The notes under the pieces are model-generated. The model saw nothing but the letters and a program-made list of their open reading frames with translations, was not told the origin of the DNA and did no database searches. A stretch of DNA of 63,965 bases, filler included, from Trypethelium eluteriae (lineage: Eukaryota), in NCBI GenBank assembly GCA_051942245.1. It is 3 parts of 3 records of this genome, joined end to end, with 100 filler letters (N's around TTAATTAATTAA, not from the genome) between each part and the next. Parts side by side here need not be neighbours in the genome. Positions count along the whole stretch, not along the records: positions 21,626 to 43,148 come from JAVECL010000469.1; 2 more parts are not named here. One strand, written 5' to 3'. Positions 23,458 to 36,957 of the stretch are shown in pieces. The first letter of the stretch is position 1; each line of letters begins with the position of its first letter. The translations under genes were made by a program, and so were the position numbers.

Positions 23458-26367
23458 TACGGATCTTTCATACTCTCCATCTTACCTAAGGAGATTGAGA
23501 ATTCACCCGTGCTTCGACTCATGTCTAGTGGCTTGAGGCGATGGAAAAAGTTGGCACGGTGGTACGGCAAAACTTGTTTCCATGGTCGGTCAATTGGTTA
23601 AGGGGCATTTAGGAGGCGTGCCGTCTCTAGCGTGGCGTTGCTTGATCGCCTTGACACAGACAGTCTCTAGGTAATCGAATGATAGCTTTAATTCATCTGC
23701 CTGACCGGTCTGTATAGCTCGGCGGCGCAAAGCTTGGACTCTTATCAGGCTTAGACAACAGTCCAATACCAGTGATACCATGCACAAATATTTTCCGCGA
23801 CAACACTAGAAAGAGCCATTGAAAATATTATGTGAGGACTCGTGCGATTAGGGCGCAAGATGTGAAGCCGACTGCGAGACGACCACCAACAACTTTGGTG
23901 CCTTTGGTCCTCAATTCTAAGATCTAGAATTAGGTGGCGCATTCATGACTTAGACTAGCGTGGCTGGCCACCATCAACTCACTATTCTCGGCGCCATTTT
24001 CATCTTGCTTCTCAGCACTTGCGCCATGATGCTCTTGGCATTTCCAAACAACAGGGCGACCGTAGCCAAGCACCCAAGCTTCTAGTCTCACACGTCAATC
24101 TTCTGGGCACTGAGGTTGTTTCTTGGCTGGGGGCTACATCTCGTGTCTTCTGCGCAGATGTGTCGGAAGGGGAATAAGGAGTCCAACACTCAGCTCACGC
24201 ACATGAGAAGTTCTCGCATTGGGTCGTTCAGTGCGGGCACCATTAGACTCGCTCCTTAAAGATTTCCGCTAACAAGATCCACCTCGGGTGATCTGCGTGC
24301 CAAGATAGTTGAGCTGGACACGTCCCGTATCTGCTTAGCAGAGGTTAGACAGGCTTTGCCCTTCTGAACTTCGTATTCGTTGGATGTCAGGTGTGCGAGA
24401 TGCAGCATTTGATGCTCCTGTTTGACCACTCAAGACGTCGATCTTACATGAAGTTCAAAAGATTATTTGGGACACATCTCTGGGACTTCTAAATAAGTGG
24501 GTCTTTGCAGATGCCAAGACGTATCTGAAAGGCGTAGTGGGGTGGTGGAGTGCCTACCTGCAAGTAGAGTACGATGCTAGACGAGGAGGATTTTAGAGTG
24601 GGGGTCAGAAAAAGAAGAAGCAGTACAATGAATTCTTAGTCTGGTAAAAAGCGCGACCTGCACTTTCTGAAACAAAAATTGGAACAACGGTGGAAGAAGA
24701 AAAACAAGCATACGGAGGAGTTGTCGGTCGATCACGAATCGAAAGACCCGCAATACTCTAATGGGCATTTCAATTCTTCAATTTGAGGTGCTAATGACCG
24801 AGCACAAAGCGAAGTGTACGGTAAGATAGATACACGTCTCGTAGATAAATGATGGCATGTTACCTTGCTCTGTTGCTATGTGAAGTCAAAACATCGGCCA
24901 CCTCCCCTGCCACCACCAAGTCTTGGGACACGTTTTTGCTTGTTTGCATGAACGTAAACCTCCTACCAACCACCAACATGCCCCTTTGCATCAGAAATGG
25001 AGTACCAAGAATTTCTCCGTCGCCGCGATCTCGGCGTACGAAGGGTTTCGTTCCAGACACTTAGGCACACCAGACTTGGCAATCCAACGAGACTATGCTC
25101 AAACCTCCATATGTCATCATACAGGTCTCATCTACCATCACCGGAGAAGTGCACCAGTCAACTGACCTGGGACTCTTATAGCATCCAGTGACACCGGATG
25201 CGTCGATAATCGCAAGATTGAGTGTGTGGTAAGAGACGCGCCTAATCAGTGCTACCCTGGTCCGAAATGCCAGCAATACATCCATACACCTATGTTCACT
25301 GCTGGAGATAAGACCTACAAGACGTAGCACGACTTGTTGGCCTATCAACTGCCAAGAAGTACGACGAAGCGCACTTTTGCTGTCAATTTTAGAATGGTTC
25401 GAACTCCGGAGATGAGAGCTGAGGACCAAGTGAGACGACCACGGCGACTTCCGGTGAGTGCAAGGCAGTCAAGGCGAATGTAGTTGTGAACAGTGCGAGT
25501 GCTCAAGAATCTGCGGCATGTATACAGTAAGATCTAAGTCCTACAGTCTATCGGTTCGGGGTTCGTCATGTCGCCTGTAATATATCCGGAGTCGGTGGTA
25601 AGTGGATGCCTTGCCCTACGACCACGGTTAGGAATCCAAGCCCGAGTACACCGGAGTCTCAAAAAAAATTTCTCGGGATGAGACATTGGAGCCCACGGAC
25701 GGGAGAATTCGGAGAGCTGACGAGGGCACAGAAAGTTTCCTCTTATCCTAGGATCAGGGGAAAACACGACACTGAGTGGTGAAGGCTGAAAACAATGCGA
25801 GTTGCCAATGGGCAATGTATACGTTCGCTACTCTATTGATACTTTCAACTATGGGAACTGCATGGTTCTTTCCGTCATCAGCCACGCAAGCGATGTTTGG
25901 TCGGCAAGGGAAAGGACGCGTAATTCATGTAGACGGAAAGCATCAGCTGCAAGTTTGAACTGGGAGCAGGCCTATCAAAATACCTTCGATGTGTCGTAAT
26001 GTATGACCATCTCCTTACAGCTAGGTCCGCAAGTAAGGAACTGTGAAGACCTGATCCATGTCCGAGTTATGAGTTACGTATGCCTCATCACATTAAGACG
26101 ATTCTTAGGTGGTTGGCCTGGCAGCTCTTTTGGCTGGCAACTTTCGGACGGCGGCCATAGACGCAACTTCAGAGGTGACATAAGGATACAAGGAGCACTG
26201 AATTTGTACTATACACAAGTAGTGGCACAATGTATACCATACAGCAGCAAACAGGTTGCTGTCGAGATCTTATTATTTACTGCTTTGTCCACTGTCCCGT
26301 TCCTTCCACCTCCTCCCCATCAATCTTCTTAACTGACTTTCCTGTCAATTGCACCTCCACCACCGCC

Positions 26368-29356
26368 TCATCTGAGTACCTCAATGCCCTCCTCCCCCTC
26401 CGTCTCCTCATCACTCCCCCTGAGCAGATCCGCGATAGTCGACCCTTCCCTTTGCCTCCATCTCTCGCGTTCCTTGACTCCTAACCACTCATTCATCCTC
26501 TCATTCGTAACGTCTGTCACCGTCTTCGCCGCCATCGAAGGATCCGGCTCGAAATCCTCATCGAGTTCGTTTTGATCGGAGCCAGGGTCGTATTTCTGGA
26601 TCGGTTTGAAGTAATCTACTGCGCCGGGACGCCAACCCATGGGCTGCGTGTAGACTGATGGGCGCGGATTGGAAGCCAGAGAGGTGAGACGGAGAGCGGA
26701 GCGAATGAAGGAGTGCACATCAGAGTAAGGCAAAGTCGAGCGAGAGGCGACTTCCTCTGGAGCTTCTGTCTTTGTGGTATCTTGTTTAGGCTCCCTGTTC
26801 CGGGATCTGATGCCGAATTGCGGGGCCACATAGTGATGGAATCCATCGGCTTCGTTGTCTGTGCCTTCACTTTCTTGGTGCTGTCTTTGGCCTGCTTGAA
26901 GATAACTCTGTGGTCTAGCATGACCGATTGCCGAGCTCCGGGAGGACTGCGCTTTACCCGAGGCATGACGTTTTAGCTTCAGATTAACCTCATTGTAACT
27001 CCCACCAATTCGACCACCCTCAACGCCCTTAAATTCCAATAGATTACCGTCGAAGTCGAACGCCATTCCCTGATGCTGTTCTAAAGTAGCAAACATGTAA
27101 TCTATCATGACTGGTTTCGCTCCAATGGCAATGCTATTCTTCTCCTGTTGCACGGGATTTGACGAATTTGGGAGGGGGTGAGGAATTGGTATGCGTAATG
27201 AGGGAGGAGCACGGAGCTTTGAATTTGCTTCGATGTAACTTCGTCTCAATTCTGAGCAGAACGCAGACACATTTTGGTGATCAAGAAGGTCCTTTGTACC
27301 GTGCATCAGCGATTTGGTCTCAATCCGCAAGTCTGATCTTTCTGAGGGAAGCAGAACATTCGTAATTGATAGTGTAATTGGAGCACAAATGCTGCGAAGT
27401 TCAAGCGAAGCTGGAGTAACATCAAAGTACAAATGGATTTCAGGATATTCCAGAATTGCGCTAGGTCCTTCCTTAGTGAATGGAGACGGTATGAGTGTTA
27501 ACTTAAGTTTAGTCGTCCAAGACTGCCCTTCAAAGTCCAGATGTTTCAAGAATGGCAGTAGTCCAGAAGACTCAGGAGAAAACACCAGGCTTTTGTGAAA
27601 GTTAATGCCTCTTGTTCTCGAACTGATTTGTGTGGCGTTTGTTAGGAAATTTTCACCATCATGGCTGTGAGGATAAATAGCATGTCCAAGCGTCGCAGAA
27701 ACCCTATGTGTAGGAGCTACGCGCCAATATCGAGTGTACTGGCGGGGATCTGTATGGTTCTGGAAAGTCTGTTGAGAAATGTTATTGGTGAGTTTGGATA
27801 TGAACTCATCCGAACAGGCTAGGTCTGGTTCCGAAGAACCTCCATTCTCCACTGTGGATGATACTGGTTTCTTAGAAGCTCGTTTCGCAGGTTGTACCCA
27901 TCTACTGAAAAGTTGAGATGCGCAAGTGAATGGTCGACTGCTGTATGGCACGAAGCTTCGAATCAGATCGTTCTGCTGACTATCATCCATTGTAGTCGTT
28001 GATGAGATCCTTTTCGGGAGATGTAACAAAGGAAGGAGCATTCGCTGTGCATCATCTAGATCTGTCTGGAGGATAGAATTGAGAACGATCTGCCTAATTT
28101 AGCTAAAGTGCCAATGGGTTGTAGTGGTTGGCACTTTACCTCTTGTCCAACAACTTGGATCACTGTTCTGGTTTGTCTCTCTATTTCCCTCATACGATCC
28201 CAATCAAAGAATGGAGAGTCGTCCTGATCTTTGGAAGATGCTTGCGAAAGTCCATCCTTCAAATGACGTACATCAATATGCTTGCTGGAAAGGTTGGAAA
28301 GCATTTCACCGAGGTCGCGTACGGTATTCCGAGCGGTGCGTAGATCAGTAGTGACTCTAATTATTGCCGTTGTTTCCCCCGAAAATGCTTCGACCTTGGC
28401 TCTACTACGATCTCGCATACGTTCTAAATGTGAAGGTTCTGGATGTTGTTAGCGAATGTTGCCAGTCTGTGGATGAGTTCCTACTTACGTCCAAGTGTCA
28501 GCAGTGAGAGCTGCCAAGGCTGCACACCAACTTCGATTTCTCCCGTTACATCTTCAGCTTCTTGTACTTGTATTCGCCAGTGATCTTGCATCAACCTTGT
28601 CACCAAGGCGCTCTTCGGTGATTTTTGCTCCACCCCGTCAGGTTGTAGTCTCCCCTGCACCGGAAGCCGTTTAGATGTTGAGGATTCGCCAGGTTTCCAG
28701 ATGGACTGGAATAAAAAGACCGGATCGGGGCCTGTATGCGGTGAAGAGGGTCCAACTGCAGGTAAGGTCCTCTCTACATATTCCATAAGTTGCTCCGTGG
28801 TGTAGCCTTTGAAGAGAATGTCGAAGACGTCATCGTACTCCGTCGTCGATACAGATATTGGTGTATATCGGCTCCCTCCCATATTTGCACGCAACTTATC
28901 GAGATTTGCGTTAATTTGATATTGATCTGGAGCATCTTTTTCCGAGCCCACCATCTTCACTATTGCCTCTTGTGAAAGATGTGAAAGATTTTTCTTACGC
29001 ACATCATCCTTGAGCGATATCGATCTCCATTTTCGCTTTTTTGGGCTCTCGCCGCCTTCTTCATCGCGTAGGAGTATAACCTCGGCAGGTTTCCCCAGAG
29101 AATCGATGCCAAGCTTGGCAGAATTTTTGCCACGCTGATCAATCAGTGGGCTATATAGGCTGTTTTTGGGTTGCCTCTTCTCATGAACTCGACGTATGAC
29201 ACTCTCTGCTGGTCCCTTTTCTGGAGAGAAGACATGCTGCGAAGCTATAGTGGTGCTTGAAAAGCGGCGTCGCAATCGGTCCGGTCGTAGTCGAGAGATC
29301 AAGCGCAGCTGACATCGAAGGCATATCGTTTCGAGGGGCGCAAGGGAGGTGTACAT
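26368..29356 (-). CDS. Mitochondrial protein, probably SLS1-like inner-membrane-bound regulator family
   Basis: Presequence-like start MYTSLAPLETICLRCQLRL, then LGIDSLGKPAEVILLRD and C-terminal VEGGRIGG. Three ORF pieces join through introns 28488-28439 and about 28139-28091. The family call is from recall only. Confidence 0.6.
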
Positions 29357-29860
29357 ATGATCGCGCCACAATGAACCGAGCTGCTGGTGGAGCTTGCAGA
29401 CAGAAAGCTTTTGAGATCGAAAGGCTTTAGTTTTAGCCGATATTCTGCCGGCCGCGCTGATCTCTCACCCTCTTAAAATACCCAGCACGTGCACCCACGC
29501 CAGCTATGATATATCAAGCGAACAGACTGTGGTGGCTCTGGCAGTTCTTGAGAGAAAATTTCTCGGTTCGGCCACGTTGTCTACGGCAATTCAGAAATGA
29601 GGATATTCAGGATCATTCGCACAAAACTGTCAACGCCATAGGACTTTGCGGGAGTCCGGGATCACCGTCACGCTAGAGTCTCGGAACGGCAAGAAAGAGG
29701 ATGTGAAGCATGTAAATTTGGAAACTAATGCAAATGATATCAAAGTCTTATACAAAGTTAGCTCTCGTTCAAGGAGTCCCTTACGGATCTTCTGCGAATG
29801 GCGCTGTTCCTGGCCTTGCGCTCTGGCCTCTTTCCCTTCTCCTTCGATCTGCGTACAACT

Positions 29861-31210
29861 TTAAGCCTGGCTGTCACCGCTTGTCTTTTCGGTCATCCTC
29901 TCCTTGTGTGTCTTTGCGTAGGGACTACCGTCCCCAAGCTCCCTTCCTATCTGGCTTATCATTTGCCCGCTCGAATTTGGCAGCTGGTTTCCCAAATCTT
30001 CAGAACTTGTTGTTTCGGGATCGTGTCCATGAATCACGCCGTTAGTTCTTCCTATTGCTGTACCATTGACCTGTGTGATAGCTAGTCAGGTGCTAATTTG
30101 TCCGAAGACGTGGAGCAAGGAGGCACTGTGGCTTACTTGTTGTCTGTCATTGGTCGTCACTCGCATTGGCCCACCGGCTTCCATAGCTGAAGCTAAGCTC
30201 TCGATGTTGAAATCGATCGAAACGCCGACATCGCCTGTGAGGTAGAGGTACCAGTAAGGCGTTGCAACGAAGAGACCTCCACCCACGATATTTCCCAAGA
30301 GAGTTGGTATCATTGACTTCCAGATGTAATAGCCAACGCCGAAAGGGGCACCGCACCAGATGCCTAAGCATATGACATGTCAGAGAAATAAATAAAGTCG
30401 TAGAAACAACATCAGAACAATAGATGCATCTTTGACATACCCATGGGAATGAAAAACATATTCGCGATTACATGATCAAGCGCCAACGCTACAAACGTCG
30501 CCGTCGGCCACCAAATCGCAGCAATCTTACTTATTACCTCTCTGCTCGTGATGCTTATGAACACAGCGAAGCATACTAGCCAGTTCGCTCCGATCCCCCG
30601 TAGAAAGATCTGGTGCCATCCTGGCTGCTGTGCCTTCTGGGTTGCGAGCCTGACAGCAGCTTGCTGATATTCAGGCGATTCCTCAAAGACACCGCCGTAG
30701 CCAGTGATGATAGCCATGAAGAAGAGCGTGCCAGCAAGGTTGCCGAAGAAAGAGAAGAGCCAGGAGATAGCGACATCTTTAATTGTGATGCGGCGATGGA
30801 GGAGGGCGGTTGTCATAAACTAGACTGCTTTTGAGCCATCTGGATAGATGCGACGTGGATTGGATTGACTGTACCATGACATTGGAAGTGAATAGGTCGG
30901 CCCCGCTCAAAACAATCATGACGAGCCCTATAGGGAAGACCAATGCGGCAATGGTGCGAATGAGGCCAGGAGCATTGTCCTGATACCAGGGCGACGCGTT
31001 GGTGCTCACTAAGATGGCGCAGCTTTGAAATTCCAGTTAGTCTTATGATATCTTTGTTACTGGTCTTGAGTGTTTGGAAGTATACCTAAACCCTATCAAA
31101 GGTCCGGCCATGAAAGAGTTCCAGAACAGCTTATCAAGACGCATGTGAGCCTTTTTACATCCAATCCTCGACACCAACTCGATTGTCTGCTGGGGCGTGA
31201 AAGCGTCCAT
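29861..31210 (-). CDS. Formate/nitrite transporter (FNT) family channel, 5 exons
   Basis: GADLFTSN, FFGNLAG, GIGANWLVC, DHVIANM and PTLLGNIVGG. Four in-frame GT-AG introns. Last exon ends ...GDSQA-TAA at 29861. Confidence 0.9.
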
Positions 31211-32172
31211 GATATGGTCTAAGCAAACCCTCAATTCGAAATGGGCCCAGTCCACGCACGAAGACCCCCTCAACGCATACGGGGGAGACAGCTTTCACAG
31301 AAGCAGAGTAAAAGGGAGCAAGTGTCACCATTGAGCTGACCCAGAGCCTTGTGAAAGGCCGAGAGAGCCACCATTTAAGTAGAGGCCAGCCCAAGCAGCA
31401 TTTGTTCCTGCATCATCGTCATACGACATCCGTCGTTCCGTCCGGCATGATCCGTATCTCATGATCCACGAACAAGGACAGAGCCAGCGGAGAAAGGGGC
31501 AACTTAACAACCATCGTGAACAGGGTCCGGGATTGACGAGAAAAATTGTGAAAGCAAGATCGGAGCAAATGGCGCACGTCTTGAATTTAAAAGGGATGAG
31601 ATTGCAGAGGAAGAAGAATCTAGCTAAGGGGAAAGACGGGCTGAGCGGATATCTTGATAGTTATGGAGTACTTTGTACCTAACTGTGCTTATCTTTGCCA
31701 TAGGTGCTCGAGTCGCTGGTATGCGGGTGGGATTGGCTGCAGGAGAGCAAGGGCATAGATAAAAGAATGAGTAGTGGGCATATGAACATGTCGCATGCCA
31801 GCGAGAGCGAGAAAGGGCCGAAATCCGGCCACCAGTACTTGTGATGGGAACTTGGATTATGCAGTGTAATGCTGGTGAGTGCAAATGGTGATTTTGGTGG
31901 TCAGCTACCTCAGCATGCTAAGATATCTCAAAATATTCCACGTCCCGCTTCTGATTGGTTGGTGGTTCTGACAGTTCATCTTGTCTCATATTCTCTCTCA
32001 TGAACATTTTCTTTCCAGAACCGGATTATTGACACTTTCCGCGACCGCAGTACAAAGATGCGTTCAAGTAAAGCCTTCTTTCGATGACGGTCGTACTTGG
32101 GGTTTCGTGAAAGTCTCGCCTGCGGATTCGGTGGACAACATGCCCTAGTATCTCGCTTGAAACATATCCAGC

Positions 32173-33083
32173 ATGTCCGAATCCAGCAGACAGTACCTGA
32201 AGCCGAGCCCGCTTGGGACCAAAGACTAGTAAGTTGGTTGACTACATTTGCATCTTCCATCCTCACGGAAACTCCGCTATCCCATCAACACTTCTTGCAC
32301 GTTTCCCATCCACCCACTCATCCTCTTCCTTCCAGCTGGGATACGACCTACGCCAACGAACTCTCCAATCACGCCGCCAATCCCTCCGACTCAGGCACCG
32401 TCTGGTTCGCCGACTCGGATGCCTCCCCCAAGATCCTCGCCTACCTCGAGTCTCTCTCCCAGGACGGCCTGCTCGATCCCTCGTCTGCGCGCTTCTTGGA
32501 TCTCGGAACGGGCAATGGCCATATGCTGCTGGAGCTCAGGGAAGAGGGTTGGACAGGAGAGATGCTGGGCGTCGACTACAGTGAAGGGAGTGTGAGTCTG
32601 GCGCGGAACGTGGCGGCCGCCGTGACGGCGAGGAGTGAGACGATGGAGGAGGAGAGTGTCATAGAGGGGGCAGAGGTGGATGACAACGCGGTTAAGGAAG
32701 TGGATGTAGGTGAGGAGGCATGCACAAAGGCACTGCACTTTGCAGTTTGGGATATTCTCCACGACGAGCCGGTAGACTGGCTCGGTGAGGGGTTCGACGT
32801 GGTGCTGGATAAGGGGACATTTGATGCAATTAGTTTGAGTGCGGAGATGGATGGTGTGGGTAGGAGGGCGTGTGAGAGTTACAGGGAACGGGTGGAGAGG
32901 TTGGTGAAGGTGGGCGGTTTCTTGCTAGTGACGAGCTGTAACTGGACAGAGGAGGAGTTGAGGGGGTGGTTTGATCAGGGCAAGCTGGCGTATTGGGGTA
33001 GACTAAAGTATCCAACTTTTACGTTTGGAGGGGTGAAGGGACAGACAATTTGTAGTCTATGTCTAAGGCGGCAGACCAGCTAA
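32173..33083 (+). CDS. EFM4: Protein-lysine N-methyltransferase Efm4/See1
   Basis: PSPLGTKDY/WD across intron 32229-32335, GTVWF, LDLGTGNG, VLDKGTFDAISL, TSCNWT and YPTFTFGG. Confidence 0.9.
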
Positions 33084-33616
33084 GATGGCGGCTGAAAAGG
33101 TGAAGACATGGAGTGTGTATGATACTGATTGCCATTTGCGTCTGGGTGAACTAAGGCATTAGGGGTCTCAGAAACGACATAGAGAAGCTATGCTACCACA
33201 AGTAATGAAATCATACAAGGAGCCGTCGAAGTGTACAGGCTGTTTCTTTCTCTACGGAGTGCTTATCACCCGATACTACTTAGTCACACTCGCACTCAAA
33301 CTCGCCTAATGCACCTGGCCCAGCCATTCGCTTTGCCGATGCCTTCGCGCTGTGGGTATTCGTCATGAGAGAAAGAAAGTGAAAAGGACATTCGTGAAAG
33401 CAAAGGATTGGGATCAAAATAGCGCATGCTCGCCCATCCACCAACGCCAGCGTCAAACTGGAGGAAATACTCTTATGCTCGGCCATCTGTCGTTTGATTC
33501 CCCGCCTGCTGTAGAGGGGCGTATGGGTTGAATTTTCCTTACCATGTGAGGCCACATATGGACTCATCTGAAGAGATATGCATGCATCCATGCTCAAGTG
33601 AATTTCGTCAACGCCG

Positions 33617-35615
33617 CTAGTCCCCAGCCATGATTTCGCTCCCCTCCCCAAACTCCTCATCCTCATCAATTGCCGTTGCACCCATTGCACCCATCAATCC
33701 ATTCACGTTCACACCGCCCTGCGCCTGTGCCTGAGAGTGTGGGTGTGGATGTCCGTCTCCAATTGCGACCCCGTGGTAGCCGAATTGATGATCAGGATGG
33801 TCCGCAGCTCCATCACCGAGCATAACACCACCTCCGATTGGGGGGTCAGGTCCGTCCTCACCGCCGTCGTCAAACATGGTTGTCTCTCCGTCATATGCAT
33901 TGGAAGCGGTAGCCTCCTCGTTAAGATAGGCGCGAAGACGACCGACGCCTGGACCAGAGAAAACACAAAAGACGTCGCGCTGGTGGTCATTGAACTCTGT
34001 AAGGCTCATCAGCATACTATCTTCAGGAAATTTTTGGTACAATAAACGGATGGTGCGTACCTGCAGGAGCTTCTCGGCAGAAATGGATGAGCTCCTCTCT
34101 GAGGAAAGCTTGCACACCAGTGAGACTGAGATGAGTAAGACGAGGGCAATTATTCAGAAGAGCGTGTATTCCATCGAGGCTCAGCAGCGTGCAATAACTC
34201 AAATGCACTCTCTCCAATGAGCTCGGTTGAAGAGGCCCTCCTTGTCCGGCTTGCTTCGGCTTTGCAAGCGCAAGAATACTGCGATCAGTGATGCTGCCAC
34301 ATTTTACCAATCCGATTCTCTTGAGCTTAGGGAGTGCGGCAAGCTGCTGAACTGACATGTCGGTGAGATTTTGGCAACATGCAAGATCAATGTACCGGAT
34401 CCGGTTGCAAAGTTTGACAAGCTGCGTTACCCCTACGTCGGTTATCCGAGCACAGTGTCCGAGATGAATGTAGTGTAGATTCTTCCCAAGTTTGGTGATT
34501 GACATGACTGCCCTATCCGTAATCTGTCGACATTTGGCAAGGACTAGGTTTCTAAGCCTTGGGGCAGCAGTAATTATTTTCTGGACTCCAGCGTCTTGGA
34601 GTTCGCCGCAGTCGGTAAGATCGAGTATTCGCAAGCTTTCGTACGTAGCGTCTTGTGGGAGCTGAAGGAAGGCATTGTCGGTGATTCGGCCACAATGCTG
34701 GAGCCGTAGTTCACGAAGTTGACGGCCACCGTCGATAAGAGCCGTGACTGACTCATCCTCAAGAGACCTGCAGTCATGCAGATCGATTTCAAGAATTGAG
34801 TGGCAGTTATCTGCGAAGGTCATGATGGACTTGTCAGTGAGCTGGGTGCAACCATTGAACTTCAGCCTCTTGACATGTTTACAGCTCTTCGCGACTGCCT
34901 CCAAGGAATCATCCGTAATCTTCCTACAATTTGTGACATTCAAGCCCTGGAGCCTCAAGCAGTGTTGCGCGACTTTTTTCATCGTCTTATCTGTAATGTG
35001 CTCCAAGCCAGTGATATCAAGGGCCAAAAGATTCCTATTACCATCAAGCAAAGGCGCCAAGCCCAGGTCGGTAAGCTTTGAGCAATTCGTCAAGGTCAAG
35101 CGTTCGATTCTCTTGCATCCCGAAAAAGGCAGTATAGTGCCATCGCTGACTTGATTGCCGAGCTGTGTCAAGTTTAATCGCTTGATCAAGTCGTGATAGG
35201 CAAAATAGCTGTCCACTGCTCGAATTGATCTTGTGACATTGTGTAGACCTTGCCAGTTGTCAGTGTGGGGCCGAAGCCACAGCAAGCCCACTGCATTTCT
35301 TGCCCAGTCTTTCGACACAAGCATGCATGATCTCAGATCTGCGGGACTCGTTGACAGCCTTGTGAATATTGCAATGAGAAGCTCGGCAGGTAAGCGGCAT
35401 ATGGGCGATCTTCGACATCTTTCCCCGAAGTCGCGGACGGAGTCTGGCGAAATGTCTCGAGATATCGATCCGCCTAATGATGATTGAGAGTCGTTGGGAT
35501 GAAGCATAAAGGAGTCATTATCGTCATCTTGGCCTCGCTCCGGAGAGGTCGAAGCGGATGATTCGGAGTCAGAGACGTGAGACATGCGTTGCTCGCGGCG
35601 GCTGCGGGAGACCAT
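33617..35615 (-). CDS. GRR1: SCF F-box/LRR protein Grr1 (GrrA)
   Basis: F-box RLPAELLIAIF, Cys-containing LRRs (CKRIERLTLTNC...LKRIGLVKC...LERVHLSYC) and EFNDHQRDVFCVFSG. One intron at about 34060-33997. Confidence 0.93.
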
Positions 35616-36957
35616 GGTGGTTGTAGTTGTGGAATTTGGATCTGGCCTGAGTGGGTGTTGCACAAATTCTGTAGCTGGTCGTGAGCGCAGCAAAATACGA
35701 ACGAATCTCAAGAGCCGTCAAGCCGCTATGTAACGTTTCCTCCCTAAGGCGCCGATGATATCAAATGGCAGAATTGAATTACACGTCAAGGGCTAGGACG
35801 GAGTGAAAAGAAACCGACTCCCCGCGATTTGCGCTCGGGGAGCACCAGGAGTAGTATGAGGCGGAAAATCCCGTTCGTTAGCTTTCGAGGGGCAGGGCTA
35901 GTCGTGGGAGCGATGTTGACGTCGTTCGTAATCTGCAATGATCAGCTCGCCAGCTGAAGGATCGAGCTACTTCAAGCAGATGCAGCAGCTATGCAGGACG
36001 ATTGCAAGGAGGATATCGAGGGAGGAAAACACGAGAGATGGACGGAGGAGAGCACGGAGAGGTCAGGGGAGATGAAGGCTGGCCACAGGTGTCGAGGTTG
36101 CTGGCGTGATGCTTGTGCGGCGCCGTGGGTTGCTTGTGTTCGCTGGCAAACTTGCAGGGGCTGGCCTGGGCCCTGTCACGCGCTGCTCCATCAACCGCAG
36201 CCCACACGCGACCCAGTGTCTGGACCTGGACTGTACGATCTGGCTCTGCAAGATGACGGGATTGAAGGGTGGCAAGCTATTTCAGGGGAAAAAACAATTG
36301 CTTGAAAAACAATGGCTAGATCTTGTTAAGCGACCCGTTCACACACACAGCATGACTATCGAGCCCATCTATCTTTCCCACTACTGCCAAGTGGCCTTGA
36401 TGAGTTAGGACCATTATTGTTGGAGGGCATAAAGCTCGACGCGATTTGGGGGAGCCTACGTCGAGAGCTGGGAACATATACTGAAGCCTACGAGAAACGT
36501 CACCATCCGCTCTGAGTGTTATTGAGTTACGAGTAGCCGTGTGCGGTGTCCCGACTTGATAGGCAACAAGCCGAGAGCATAAGATATATATATGGTATTC
36601 TCACTGCCACAAGGCCCTTCAGCTCTTTAGAATAGCCAATGCTCCAGAACGAACAATTGATTGGCGAAATGACGCTGTTGTCTCTTTATGCCCTTTTAGA
36701 ACCATCTCTCGAGCTCTATGGTTGTTTCATAGCGACCGTGTAGCAACGTCATCCTCTGGCCGTTTCACGCCCCCAGGCCGCTTTTGAGTCGACGAGACGT
36801 CCACCTGCCACCAGTTCTCTCCAAGTCACCATCCCATTACCGCTCACCTGACCACAACCGCTTTTTGGTCCTCTAACACCGTACGATTTTGAAGCGATGA
36901 TATAATTGTCAAGAACACCTATTCAGTGCTTCGGGGATCTCCTTGCGACTGTAGAGA

